Source: an uncultured Roseibacillus sp.
GTDB lineage: Bacteria; Verrucomicrobiota; Verrucomicrobiia; Verrucomicrobiales; Akkermansiaceae
Length of the DNA: 64,000 bases
NCBI GenBank assembly: GCA_964444495.1
Contig: CAYUHN010000001.1
Span: forward strand, 1,834 to 65,833
Direction: 5' to 3'
Shown piece by piece: positions 26,838 to 36,995 of the stretch. Made by a program: the position numbers and the translations under genes. Numbering within the stretch: the stretch's first letter is position 1; the number at the start of each line of letters is the position of its first letter. The notes below the pieces were generated by a model. It saw only the letters and a list, made by a program, of their open reading frames with translations, made no database searches and was not told the DNA's origin.

Positions 26838-27213
26838 TTGATTCGGGGAGGGGCCATTGTGGCCGTGGCGATCCGCTATTGGCTGCTTTCGAACCAAAAT
26901 GGGGGTCGATTGGATGCAGCTACAGCGGAGGCTTTTGTCTCTGCTATCGAAGCGACAAGCTGTCCTTTAGTCCAAGTGATCGATATTTCCGGGGATGGGG
27001 AAGGTATACGATATTGGAGCTGCAGGCGATGTGGTTGAATTTTCGCAAGAAACCTAAATGTTCTGTGATATGGAAGAGTCTCTTGCTCTCAAGCTTAATC
27101 ATGAAATTGAAGGTTTGGTGGTTTGCTCTGTTCGAAGATTCTTTTTTATGGTTCAAGAATGCCGAGCTACTCGGGACACTTTATTTTATTAGCTACTGAG
27201 AAGATCCACAGAC

Positions 27214-29154
27214 ATGAATGAGAATTTATACAGAAAAAAAGCGGCCTTGGGGCTCTTGGCGAAGCAGTTTCCAACCGCTTCTTCGGTGATGTCGGAGGTC
27301 TCTCGCTTGCAAGCTAAGCTGACCCTTTCTCAGGGAAGAATCCATGTGATAAGCGATGTTCATGGCGATGATCGTAAACTGCGACATGTCGTAAACAATG
27401 CCTCAGGTGGACTAAGCAGTTTGGTGGATCGAGTGTTCTGCGACGAGTTGTCTAAAGAGGAGAAGAGTGTTTTGTTAGCTTTTCTTTATTACCCCGTGGA
27501 GAAAATACGTTCTTATGGTGAACGTTTACATGATCGTGAGTGGCGCATTGATAAAACCAAGAAGCTGCTGCGGCTTCAGTTTAAGCTGGTGAGAGTGTTA
27601 GCGAAGACTGTGACCAAAGAGCAGCTTCTAGCGTTAATGAAAGAGGAGTTTAAAGTACTCTACATCGCGGTGCTAGATGAAGTCTCGTTTGGTCGCGATC
27701 CTGACTATGTTGATTCGATGCTGCAAGCTTTGGGTGACTATGATCAGGATATTGTGGCTTTGCATGAGGCTTCACGTTTGGTGAGAAATCTTGTGGTGTC
27801 GGAAGTGGTGGTAGCGGGTGATTTATTTGACCGAGGAGAGCGAGGGGATCGAGTGATTCACTATCTTCGCAACCAACCGAAAGTAAGTTTTACTTGGGGT
27901 AATCACGATATCACCTGGATGGGAGCTACCTTAGGTTCAGAGGTTCTTATTGCCACCGTGCTCAGAATTTCGCTCCGCTATTTACGACTGTGGCAGTTGG
28001 AAGAAGGTTATGGAATCTTACTTTCTCCTCTAGCGAAGTTAGCTAAGACGATCTATCACGATGATCCGGCGACTTGCTTTTTCCCCAAACGAAGTTCGGA
28101 TTTTCTTGATCAGGACTTAGTGGCGAGAATGCACAAGGCGATTGCGATACTAGAATTTAAGTTGGCTCATCCTGTGATTGAACGCCACCCAGAGTGGAAG
28201 ATGGAGAATCGACAGCATTTACATCGGATTGACTACGAGTCGGGAATAATCGAATTGAATGGTAAAGTCTATCAGTTAACGGACTCCTACTTTCCTACAA
28301 TTGATCCAAAGGATCCTTACGCTCTCACGTCTGAAGAGAGAGCTTGTATGGATCGGCTTCGTCAATCGTTTGTGGCCAGTCAAAAATTGTGGGAGCATAT
28401 GCTGTTTCTAGTGAGGCAGGGAGGGTTGTGGCTACAGCGGGAGGAGGCTCTTATTTTTCATGCCTGTGTTCCAACCAATGAAGATGGAAGTTTTCGCGAA
28501 GTGCAGGTCGGGGAGCAATGTTTCAGCGGAGGGAAACTTTTCTTTGAATTGGAGCAAATTGTGCACCGAACTTATCGCGAAGGGGCTCATACGGTAAACG
28601 ATGACTTAGATTTCTACTACTGGCTGTGGGTTCACGGTGATTCTCCTTTGTTTGGGAAGGAGCAGATGACTACTTTCGAACGCTATTTTTTGGAAGAGAA
28701 AGAGACTCATGTAGAGGTGAAGGATCCTTATTTCTCAAAGATTCATGATGCTGATTTTTGCAAGCGAGTAGGAAGAGAGTTTGGAGTTGGTGATGATGTC
28801 TTAATCGTGAACGGTCATGTTCCTGTGAAAGTGGAAAAAGGCGAAGATCCAGTGAAGAAGGGGGGGAATGCGGTGACTATCGATGGCGCTTTTTCGGAAG
28901 CCTATGGTGACCGAGGATATACTTTAGTAATGGGACCTCAAGGAATTCGTTTGGCTGAGCATTCACATTTCGATTCGGTTGAGCATTTTCTAGAGTGCGA
29001 TGATGATATGATTCCGAAGTTGCGAACCTTACGCGAGCATGAGTCCGAGCGGATCATCGCTGATACCAATGAGGGTGAAGATATCGAGGCTCAATTGGAA
29101 TTGCTGAATCAATTGCTACAAGATTATCGCTCTGGTGAGGTGCGTGAGCGATAA
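27214..29154 (+). CDS. fbp: class 3 fructose-1,6-bisphosphatase
   Basis: About 646 aa. The N-terminus [39 protein letters not shown] and the metallophosphoesterase motifs (GDLFDRG, GNHD) match FBPase class III architecture. Confidence 0.88.
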   Translation: MNENLYRKKAALGLLAKQFPTASSVMSEVSRLQAKLTLSQGRIHVISDVHGDDRKLRHVVNNASGGLSSLVDRVFCDELSKEEKSVLLAFLYYPVEKIRSYGERLHDREWRIDKTKKLLRLQFKLVRVLAKTVTKEQLLALMKEEFKVLYIAVLDEVSFGRDPDYVDSMLQALGDYDQDIVALHEASRLVRNLVVSEVVVAGDLFDRGERGDRVIHYLRNQPKVSFTWGNHDITWMGATLGSEVLIATVLRISLRYLRLWQLEEGYGILLSPLAKLAKTIYHDDPATCFFPKRSSDFLDQDLVARMHKAIAILEFKLAHPVIERHPEWKMENRQHLHRIDYESGIIELNGKVYQLTDSYFPTIDPKDPYALTSEERACMDRLRQSFVASQKLWEHMLFLVRQGGLWLQREEALIFHACVPTNEDGSFREVQVGEQCFSGGKLFFELEQIVHRTYREGAHTVNDDLDFYYWLWVHGDSPLFGKEQMTTFERYFLEEKETHVEVKDPYFSKIHDADFCKRVGREFGVGDDVLIVNGHVPVKVEKGEDPVKKGGNAVTIDGAFSEAYGDRGYTLVMGPQGIRLAEHSHFDSVEHFLECDDDMIPKLRTLREHESERIIADTNEGEDIEAQLELLNQLLQDYRSGEVRER

Positions 29155-29227
29155 CTTGGGGATTTTTTTCATTTTAGCTAAGATTGAAATCGCCTTTCTT
29201 TGGGAAAGTCGGAAGCTCCCTTTTGCG

Positions 29228-30721
29228 ATGATGATCCGATTTTTCCTCTTGTTCTCTTTTTCTGCGGCCTTGTTTTCGTCTGCAGAGTCCACGGTTTGTC
29301 CCAATGTGGTAATTCTCTATGCCGATGATATGGGGGTAGCGGATGTTTCTTATGGTAATCCGGAAGCTAAGATTCAAACGCCGAACATTGATCGTTTGGC
29401 CGAGCGAGGAATGACCTTTAGCGACGGACACAGTTCGTCTGGAATCTGCACTCCTAGTCGTTTTGCGCTTTTGACGGGGCAGCATCATTGGCGCCGCTTT
29501 CATGGTATCGTGAATGCTTTTGGGAAATCAGTTTTTGAGCCAGATGAGTTCACGATTGCTCGTATGTTGAAGAAGCAAGGTTATCGTACGGGTTGTTTTG
29601 GGAAGTGGCATCTTGGTTGGGATTGGAATGCGATTCGAAAGCCTGGGGAGAAAGCAAGGGCTCCGGAGGCCGAGGCTTATGATTGGAGTAAGCCCTTCCC
29701 TAAAGGTCCTCTTGATCAAGGGTTCGATCGTTACTTTGGCGACGGGACGATTAACTTTCCTCCTTATTGTTGGATCGACAATGATCGTTTTGCAACGATT
29801 CCTACTAAGCCTGTAATGAAATCGAGACCCCTCGCAGGGGGAGGGAGCTTTCGGCCTGGGCCTATGGCCGAAGACTGGAATCCCTCAGATGTTCTTCCTA
29901 CGATCACTGAAAAGGCAGTAGAGTGGATTGAAGGACAGGGAGAGAAGCCTTTTTTTGCCTATCTCGCTTTCAATTCACCGCACTATCCAATTGTTCCGAA
30001 TGAAGAGTTTCATGGGAAATCGCAGGCTGGGTACTATGGAGATTTCATGATTGAGACCGACGCTATGGTGGGGAAGGTGATCGCTGCGCTAGAAAAAAAG
30101 GGCTTGTTGGATAATACAATTGTGATTTTCACCGCCGATAATGGAGCGGAGACTTTAGCCTTCAGCCGCTTGGAAAAATTTGACCACTGGAGCTCTGGAG
30201 ACTTTCGAGGTCTTAAGCGAGACGTCTACGAGGGCGGTCACCGTGTGCCTTTCATTGTAAGTTGGCCTGAAAGGATTGCGGCGGGTTCCAGTTCGGACGA
30301 GGTGGTGAGCCAGGTTGACTTGGCTGCGACCCTTGCGGAGATCACTGGATATGCCCTGAGTAATGAGGAAGCGATTGATAGCTATAGTCTTCTACCAGTC
30401 TGGACCGGTAAGGATTACGAGAGTCCGCTACGAGTGGCTACGGTGCAGAATACTTCGGCGAAAGTTTATGCGTTGCGACAAGGTGATTGGGTGTTTATCA
30501 ATTCATTTACGGGAGCTTCACAAAAGGAGGGTGAGACTTACCTCGAGCATTTCGGCTTAGAGACTTATTCCAAAGAGACAAAGATGCTTTTGTTTAATCT
30601 TAGAGGAGATCCTCGGCAGTCTAAGAATGTGGCGAAGGATTACCCTGATAAAATTGCTGCTATGAATAAGCTTTTAGAGGAATATATCGGAGGAAAGAGG
30701 TGCGCACCGAAACGAAACTAA
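29228..30721 (+). CDS. Cys-type sulfatase (arylsulfatase family)
   Basis: Signal peptide [32 protein letters not shown], and the formylglycine motif [11 protein letters not shown]. Start moved to ATG 29228; the longer ORF overlaps the fbp end. Confidence 0.9.
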   Translation: MMIRFFLLFSFSAALFSSAESTVCPNVVILYADDMGVADVSYGNPEAKIQTPNIDRLAERGMTFSDGHSSSGICTPSRFALLTGQHHWRRFHGIVNAFGKSVFEPDEFTIARMLKKQGYRTGCFGKWHLGWDWNAIRKPGEKARAPEAEAYDWSKPFPKGPLDQGFDRYFGDGTINFPPYCWIDNDRFATIPTKPVMKSRPLAGGGSFRPGPMAEDWNPSDVLPTITEKAVEWIEGQGEKPFFAYLAFNSPHYPIVPNEEFHGKSQAGYYGDFMIETDAMVGKVIAALEKKGLLDNTIVIFTADNGAETLAFSRLEKFDHWSSGDFRGLKRDVYEGGHRVPFIVSWPERIAAGSSSDEVVSQVDLAATLAEITGYALSNEEAIDSYSLLPVWTGKDYESPLRVATVQNTSAKVYALRQGDWVFINSFTGASQKEGETYLEHFGLETYSKETKMLLFNLRGDPRQSKNVAKDYPDKIAAMNKLLEEYIGGKRCAPKRN

Positions 30722-30741
30722 TTTTCTGGAATTTCCACTAA

Positions 30742-30897
30742 GGCGCAGATGGCTTTATTCGTGATATCCAGAGCGATAATGGTAGCGACGATGGGGATTT
30801 TGGTTCTCTTGAGGTGACTGGCACGCTCGTTCCTGAGCCTTCTTCGGTAGCGTTGCTCGGTCTCGCTGGTCTAGGTCTTTTACGTCGTCGAAAGTGA
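30742..30897 (+). pseudogene. orphan PEP-CTERM sorting-signal tail without a gene body
   Basis: The frame is open only from the stop at 30739-41 and reads GADGFIRDIQSDNGSDDGDFGSLEVTGTLVPEPSSVALLGLAGLGLLRRRK*. It has a VPEP motif, a hydrophobic helix and an Arg cluster. There is no in-frame ATG and no signal peptide. Confidence 0.6.
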
Positions 30898-30948
30898 AAA
30901 TTAGGCTGTAAAATTTATATATTTCTATTCTGAATTTTTATTAACTCC

Positions 30949-30981
30949 ATCACGCCTTTGAAAAAGGCGTGATGTTTTTTT
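30949..30981 (+). terminator. strong rho-independent terminator
   Basis: 11-bp stem atcacgccttt / aaaggcgtgat (30949-30959 / 30963-30973) followed by TTTTTTT (30975-30981). Confidence 0.8.
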
Positions 30982-31110
30982 GTCGTAAAATAATATTTTG
31001 AGAAGTAATACAATGAAGTGGAATGTAATTTGCTAGGCGTTTCATATGACCTTAGACTTGATTAAACCCCTTTTAAAAAACGCGTCTGCAACCTGATTGT
31101 AAAAAAAACC

Positions 31111-33504
31111 ATGAAATATCCTTTCTTTCAACCTCTACCCAATAGGCTCCAAGCAGTTATTAGTACTTCAATGTTGTCTGGCTTGCTTGGTGCTTTGCCT
31201 CTTGTTGCTCAGACCTTTAATGCGACTCGGATCGATGGTCGACCAGCGACTCCTGATATTGCAGACCCTTTGATCGATGTTTCTACTTTTGGTGCGGCTA
31301 ATGCGATAGGAAGTAATAGTAGTGATAATATCGATGGCCCTTGCGTGATTCGGATACCAGATTGGATTCCTGTTGAAGAGCGAATTCATCCTTCTGCTGT
31401 CTACTATCTGTATTTTGCTCACCATGCAGGACGGGATATTCGTCTGGCTTGGTCTGATTCCCTTACCGGAACATGGACTCTATTTAACCGTGGCAACGCG
31501 CCAGACCGTGCTTGGGGAGTAGGAGGAAATAATACAGGTACCCAAACTCCTGGAAATGGAGTGATCGATCTTAATCTCGGGCCTTCCTTTGCAAGCATTG
31601 GACGTTCTCTGACCGGAGTACCAGTTCCTAATGGGGAAACCGCAGATCGTAACGTTATCGGAATCTGGGGTCATATCGCATCGCCTGATGTCATTGTGGA
31701 TGATGTCAACCAGCGCATCGTGATGTACTTTCATGGTAACAACAACCACCGCGGCGTGCAGACAACTTTTGTTGCGACTTCTAACTTTGGGTTGAATTTT
31801 AATCCGGTTCATTTGGGAGGAGAGGATGGGCAAGGGATGCGTGATTCGATTGTAGCGGAGTTCTATCTACGAAACTTCCAAGTTAGTGGAAGATTTTTTG
31901 GCTATTCCAATCTTGCTGAATTCTGGCGTGCTCCGGCGACTAATGACGCGGGAGAAATCAATACCATTGCTAATGCTGATAGTGAGGGAGGGCTATGGAA
32001 TCCAAATGCTGCTCACTCGCCTCCTGAAGCGCTCTGGTGGGAGCAGATCGGCTTAAATGATAACCCCATTGAGTCTCTTTATCTTGATAACGGACAAGAT
32101 ATCAATGATCCTCGGCATTTTGGTACTTACACTCGGGCACACCGTGACCCAAGTGATACAAACGTCTACGTCTTCTACACCGCACGAGGAGATACTCCAG
32201 AGAGTATCTTTTTAACCGTTCTCGACACTGATGGGGGTAGCACTGATCCAGCTGATTGGTCAACCATTGGCCAACGCGTTATCCTGGAGCCTGAAGAAAT
32301 TTGGGAGGGGGGAGATCTTCCTCTTGAAGCTTCGGAAAATGGATCTGCAGTAGGCGTGCGTCAATTGCGCGATCCATATATCTTTGAAGACACCATGGGG
32401 ACTGCTGATTTATCAGACGATCGTCTTTATCTTTTGTATTCGGGCCGAGGCGAGGAGGCCATTGGTATTGCTGAATTAACCTTTGATTCGACGGTGAATA
32501 ACCTAAGTTCGCCACAAGGTGATTTGGGGCTTGAGCCGGTAGATCCTTCGGCACCTTTCGTTGCGCAAACTTTGTTTGTAGATATTACTAGAGATACTGG
32601 TTCAGGATTTACGCAAGCTGGATATCAATCATTTTTGGGTGGATTTAATAGCCCCGCTGATGTGTCGAATGATTTTGAAGATGCCTTTGGCCCAGACTTG
32701 GACGCAACGGTGAGGTTAAGCGGAGATCGATGGAGGGTTCGAGATGCCATAGATGGACCGTTGAATGATCTCCTAATTGACTTTGGTGGTCCATCAATTG
32801 ATACAGTCGGAGTATTAGAGTTGACGCTTCCAGTAGGAACTTTCGATCTCACGCTCTATCACCATGAATCGAGTCGAGACTCTGCAGCAGATGCCGTGCT
32901 TACCTTGACTGATGCAGATGGCCAACGGCCCGCAATTAATGTTTCAAGTGGATTTGGGACAGCCGAGCCCACAGAGTCATCGCAGTTTACTACTACAGTT
33001 CGTTCAAATGGAAGCACTGAGATCACCTTATCGTACGATAATCAAAATAACGGTAATACCTTTGCCTTTCCAATTAATGGCTTGGAATTGACGCCTCTGA
33101 TTGAGTATTCCAACTGGATCGCAAGCTTCGACCTTAATCCTGAGGAAATTGATTTTGCTGACGACCCAGACAGGGACGGTTTACCCAACGGCTTAGAAGC
33201 CTTCTTCGGCTCCAATCCTTTGGAATTCAGCTCAGGTTTAATTGGGTTAAGTGTCGATGGTTCGACCTCAATTTTCTCCCATCCTCATAATGAGAATCCA
33301 GTTATGGACGTGAGCGGTTCCTACGAATGGTCACTTGATCTTGTCAACTGGTATGCTGGTGATGGCGTTGACGGCCCTGCAAACGGAGTCACCGTGGCCA
33401 TTTCGTCAAATACCGAGGGCTCGAATACAACGGTCACCGCGGCAGCGAGTGAAGAGGTGGAGCGTGTCTTCTTCCAAGTGGTAGGGACCTTAATCGCTCC
33501 TTAG
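31111..33504 (+). CDS. large secreted protein, possibly glycoside-hydrolase-like N-terminal domain
   Basis: It has a signal peptide. YYLYFAHHAGRDIRLAWSDSLTGTW resembles beta-propeller glycosidase (GH43/32-clan-like) blades. The C-terminal DDPDRDGLPNGLEAFFGSNP segment is common in PVC surface proteins. Function not established. Confidence 0.55.
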   Translation: MKYPFFQPLPNRLQAVISTSMLSGLLGALPLVAQTFNATRIDGRPATPDIADPLIDVSTFGAANAIGSNSSDNIDGPCVIRIPDWIPVEERIHPSAVYYLYFAHHAGRDIRLAWSDSLTGTWTLFNRGNAPDRAWGVGGNNTGTQTPGNGVIDLNLGPSFASIGRSLTGVPVPNGETADRNVIGIWGHIASPDVIVDDVNQRIVMYFHGNNNHRGVQTTFVATSNFGLNFNPVHLGGEDGQGMRDSIVAEFYLRNFQVSGRFFGYSNLAEFWRAPATNDAGEINTIANADSEGGLWNPNAAHSPPEALWWEQIGLNDNPIESLYLDNGQDINDPRHFGTYTRAHRDPSDTNVYVFYTARGDTPESIFLTVLDTDGGSTDPADWSTIGQRVILEPEEIWEGGDLPLEASENGSAVGVRQLRDPYIFEDTMGTADLSDDRLYLLYSGRGEEAIGIAELTFDSTVNNLSSPQGDLGLEPVDPSAPFVAQTLFVDITRDTGSGFTQAGYQSFLGGFNSPADVSNDFEDAFGPDLDATVRLSGDRWRVRDAIDGPLNDLLIDFGGPSIDTVGVLELTLPVGTFDLTLYHHESSRDSAADAVLTLTDADGQRPAINVSSGFGTAEPTESSQFTTTVRSNGSTEITLSYDNQNNGNTFAFPINGLELTPLIEYSNWIASFDLNPEEIDFADDPDRDGLPNGLEAFFGSNPLEFSSGLIGLSVDGSTSIFSHPHNENPVMDVSGSYEWSLDLVNWYAGDGVDGPANGVTVAISSNTEGSNTTVTAAASEEVERVFFQVVGTLIAP

Positions 33505-33591
33505 TTTCCAAATTAGCTAAGATTAGCTTCATCCGGGAACCGGGTATGAACGGGCGCGTTCGCTTCAATTTTCAAGAGCAGGTGAGCGCGC

Positions 33592-35850
33592 TTACTTTTC
33601 TTTTTTCTTCGGTTTGAATAATTCGCCTCCCCACTCTTGATTGGGTTCTGGACCAAGGGTGAGAACTAGCTCACCTCCTTCGGCAAATTCACTGTGTGGG
33701 AATTGGAAGCTATTCCATTCGTCGCCTTTTAGAGTGGCGCTTTGGATGTAGCGGTTTTCAGGGCCTTGATTCTTACAGGAAATCACGAATTTTTTCCCTT
33801 CATAGTAGTCGGAATCGAGCGCGATAGTGATTTTGTCGAAGATGGGGGTAGTGATGTCATAGACTGGTTTGAGAGCGGCACCGCCGCTCATATCAAAGAG
33901 TCCCATAGCAAGAAGTGCGCTGAGTGCACCCATTTGTCCCTGATCTTCATCGCCGTTATACCCGCCGTCGGTTGAGATGTCGGAGAATGTTTGAGTGTAT
34001 ACTTCTCTTGTCCAGTGTTGGGTGAGCCACGGTTTTCCAATGTGAGAAAAGATATGGGCCATGCCGGTTGAAGGCTGGTTTTGGTAGTCGACCCAAGAAA
34101 TGGCGTGGTTGCCATGTTCGGCAATGAAGCGAACGGGGGCCGCTTTCTCGAAGTTGCTGTTGAGTCTTTCGGTCATGGCATCTTCACCGCCGAATAACTT
34201 AGCTAAGCCCTTGAGGTCATGAGGGACGTAGAAGCTGTAGATGGCAGAAGCCGATTCGACAAAGCCGGGCGAAGTGAATCCTTGATCGTTGATGGGGGAG
34301 AACGGTTCATACCATGAGCCATCCATTTTGCGTGGACGCATCCATTTGATTTCAGGGTCCCAGATGTTTTTGTAATTATCGGTTCGTTTGGAGAGAAGAG
34401 TCGCTTCTTCTTTTCGATCGAGAGCTTTCGCAAATTGTTCGAGGCACCAGTCTTGGTAGCAGTATTCTAGGGTTTGTGCGGCACCTTGACGGTGGTTTCC
34501 TTTTGATTTTGGAATCTCAAGGGGGATGTATCCACGGTTCAAGTAGTAGGGCATTCCTCCGCCATTAGAATAGGTTTGCGTTTCGTAACCAGCATGGTCT
34601 CGAATACCCCCTGGAAAGGCGTTTCTCATTAGTCCAGCGAAGGCGGCGTTTTTATCCCAGTTGCGAATTCGTTTGTTATAAGCAGCTGCGAAGAAAGAGG
34701 TCGCGGGGTCCCCAATCATGACGTAGGTGTAGTTTCCTCCAGAGGGGCCGCGTGGGATGAGTCCTCCATTTAGGTACATTTCCACCATGGTGTTAGCAAA
34801 ATCGTCCATGAGCTCTGGCCATGCGAGGGGCCAGAGAACGTTGAGAGACCACTGCGCGCCCCAAAGCGCATCGAAGTTGTAATGGGGGTGTTCGCTTTGT
34901 CTGACTACGGTTCCACGTCCAGAATTGTCGGTATATTTGCCATCAGCATCACTGACGATACGGCGGCCGAGATTGGCGTGCCAGAGGTCAGTGTAGAATT
35001 TGGTCTTTTGGGTATCGGTTCCTCCTTCGACTTGGATGCGGCCCAACCATTCGTTCCAATGGTCAAAGGATTCTTGCGTTACTTGATCGAAATTCCAGTG
35101 GGGGACTTCTTCTTTCATGTTATTGCGGGCTCCTTCCTCGCTGGTATAGGAGAGGCCAACTTTCATTAGAAGGGGTTTGTCTAGTTTGCCAAAATTGAAG
35201 GTAGTCTTTCCCTTGTTGGAATTTGCTGGAAGAGAGAAAGGCTCACTGAATTCTGCATAGTAGTAGACAGTGAAGGGCTTTTTGCGACGGCCACTGGGGC
35301 CCATTGTCGTTGAACCGATGATGCTTCTATTGTCTTCGTTCAGAGTGATCACGGGTTCTTCCATTTTGTGATCCATGAGCTTACGCCCGAGGTCGAAGAT
35401 GACGTGTGCTTCTTCATCTTTGTGATAGGTGTAGCGATGAAACCCTACTCGTGTAGTAGAGGTGAGCTCTGCTGTGATATTGTGGTCATCGAGGTGGACT
35501 TTGTGGTAGCCAGCTTTAATGACCTCTCCCTCATGGGAAAATTTGGAGGCATATGCATCATGGTCAGAGCTTTCGGCAACTGGCATGACTGGGAGGGCTG
35601 CGATTTGCCATCCGTGAATATGGCTGAAGCATTGAATTTTATCGTCGTAGTAACGATAGCCAGAGTCCCAGGTGGAGTCGGTTTTGGTGTCGGGACTAAG
35701 GTTGACTAGGCCGAAGGGTCGGCTGGCTGAGCTGAAGTAGAAGAAGCGTGGTTTTTTTGTGTCAATCTCAGGCTTAACCCAATCGACTGGTTTGATTTGG
35801 GCATTGAGAGCTCCGAGTGTGATAGAGAGAAGTGAGATGAGGAGTTTCAT
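33592..35850 (-). CDS. GH92 family alpha-mannosidase
   Basis: SGYRYYDDKIQCFSHIHG, YYLNRGYIPLE, TLEYCYQDWCLEQFAKAL and GYNGDEDQGQMGALSALLAMGLF match conserved GH92 blocks. It has a signal peptide. Confidence 0.88.
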   Translation of the reverse strand: MKLLISLLSITLGALNAQIKPVDWVKPEIDTKKPRFFYFSSASRPFGLVNLSPDTKTDSTWDSGYRYYDDKIQCFSHIHGWQIAALPVMPVAESSDHDAYASKFSHEGEVIKAGYHKVHLDDHNITAELTSTTRVGFHRYTYHKDEEAHVIFDLGRKLMDHKMEEPVITLNEDNRSIIGSTTMGPSGRRKKPFTVYYYAEFSEPFSLPANSNKGKTTFNFGKLDKPLLMKVGLSYTSEEGARNNMKEEVPHWNFDQVTQESFDHWNEWLGRIQVEGGTDTQKTKFYTDLWHANLGRRIVSDADGKYTDNSGRGTVVRQSEHPHYNFDALWGAQWSLNVLWPLAWPELMDDFANTMVEMYLNGGLIPRGPSGGNYTYVMIGDPATSFFAAAYNKRIRNWDKNAAFAGLMRNAFPGGIRDHAGYETQTYSNGGGMPYYLNRGYIPLEIPKSKGNHRQGAAQTLEYCYQDWCLEQFAKALDRKEEATLLSKRTDNYKNIWDPEIKWMRPRKMDGSWYEPFSPINDQGFTSPGFVESASAIYSFYVPHDLKGLAKLFGGEDAMTERLNSNFEKAAPVRFIAEHGNHAISWVDYQNQPSTGMAHIFSHIGKPWLTQHWTREVYTQTFSDISTDGGYNGDEDQGQMGALSALLAMGLFDMSGGAALKPVYDITTPIFDKITIALDSDYYEGKKFVISCKNQGPENRYIQSATLKGDEWNSFQFPHSEFAEGGELVLTLGPEPNQEWGGELFKPKKKEK

Positions 35851-36965
35851 TAACTGTTTGGAGAGAGTTGATCGAGAGCGTAGGCGTAGGCTCCAATGGC
35901 CACTGCCTTGCTGGTTCCTAGGCGGGAGATTCCTACCCCCGTGCGGGGAAGAGGATCGTAGTTGAGAGTTTCGGTTGTACCTGGAATGGTGATTTCTCGA
36001 GATTCACCACGGCAGAATTCAGCTAGTTGATTTTTATCTTCCAAGCTAAAAGCTTTTTGAACGAGGCGTGGAAAGGGTTCGCCTGTGGGAGAAAGATAGG
36101 AGCCATTCATTTCTGCTAGGAGAGCAGGGAGGAATAGTTCGCTTGCCCCAGAGAGACCGCCGCCGATGACGACAAGTCCATCGGTGAGGGTGACGAGTTG
36201 GGAAAGAGTGTCGCCGACGTTTTCTCCTAATTTACGGTAGGCGTGGAGAGCGGCTTCTGAGTCTCCAGAGATTTCGCCAGTAGCGATTTCTCCGATTTCT
36301 TTTGGTGAAGGAGCCTTCTCGATAGTGAGGTTAGCTTTTTCGCAATAGCTTCGTTGTACGGCACGGATGCAGGCTCCTTCTTCGGCATTGGTCGATGGTT
36401 CGAGTTTATTGCGCATTAACCAGACTTCTCCGCCCGAGACGCTGTCGCCGCGAAGAAGTTTGCCATCGATGACCAAGCCGCCACCAAATCCGGTGCCCAG
36501 AGTGACACCGCAAAGGTTTCGATATTGTTTTGGGCTTCCGGCGTTAGCGAGGCGTTCGTTGATTTCAGGCAATAGGCCAGCCATGGATTCCCCATAGACA
36601 AAGAGGTCGCCATCGTTGTTGATGAAGGCGGGGATTTTGAAGTGATTTTCAAGATAGGCAGTGAGTGCAACTCCTCCCCGAAAGCAGGGCAGGTTGGGAA
36701 GGTCTCCTACAATGCCGTTGCGATAGTCACAGGGGCCCGGGAAGGCGAAGCTTATTGCTATTGGGGCCTCTGGTAGTTCGGAGCGGACTCGCTCAAAGCC
36801 GTCGACGAGGGTCTGCAAGCAGGCGTCGAGTGAGTGAGTGTTTGAGGGGAGAGCGAAGGGCTCGATCACAAGTTCGTTGCCGCGCATGGCGGAAAACTTG
36901 AAGCTCGTTCCCCCCGCATCGAGGGTCATGACCGTACGAGGGTCGTCAGCGCTGGCGAGGGACAT
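35850..36965 (-). CDS. ROK-family sugar kinase
   Basis: TLDAGGTSFKF phosphate-1 motif, FINNDGDLF, and GVTLGTGFGGGLVIDGKLLRGDSVSGGEVW. The TAATG stop/start overlaps the GH92 gene. Confidence 0.78.
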   Translation of the reverse strand: MSLASADDPRTVMTLDAGGTSFKFSAMRGNELVIEPFALPSNTHSLDACLQTLVDGFERVRSELPEAPIAISFAFPGPCDYRNGIVGDLPNLPCFRGGVALTAYLENHFKIPAFINNDGDLFVYGESMAGLLPEINERLANAGSPKQYRNLCGVTLGTGFGGGLVIDGKLLRGDSVSGGEVWLMRNKLEPSTNAEEGACIRAVQRSYCEKANLTIEKAPSPKEIGEIATGEISGDSEAALHAYRKLGENVGDTLSQLVTLTDGLVVIGGGLSGASELFLPALLAEMNGSYLSPTGEPFPRLVQKAFSLEDKNQLAEFCRGESREITIPGTTETLNYDPLPRTGVGISRLGTSKAVAIGAYAYALDQLSPNS

Positions 36966-36995
36966 GATAAGGTCCGAGTTAGTGGATTAAGATCG

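Noticed and set aside
26838-27199. ORFs of 66, 106 and 70 aa in the gap upstream of fbp
   Set aside because: They overlap each other, are Cys/Trp/Phe/Leu-rich, and have no signal or motif. The region is treated as non-coding.
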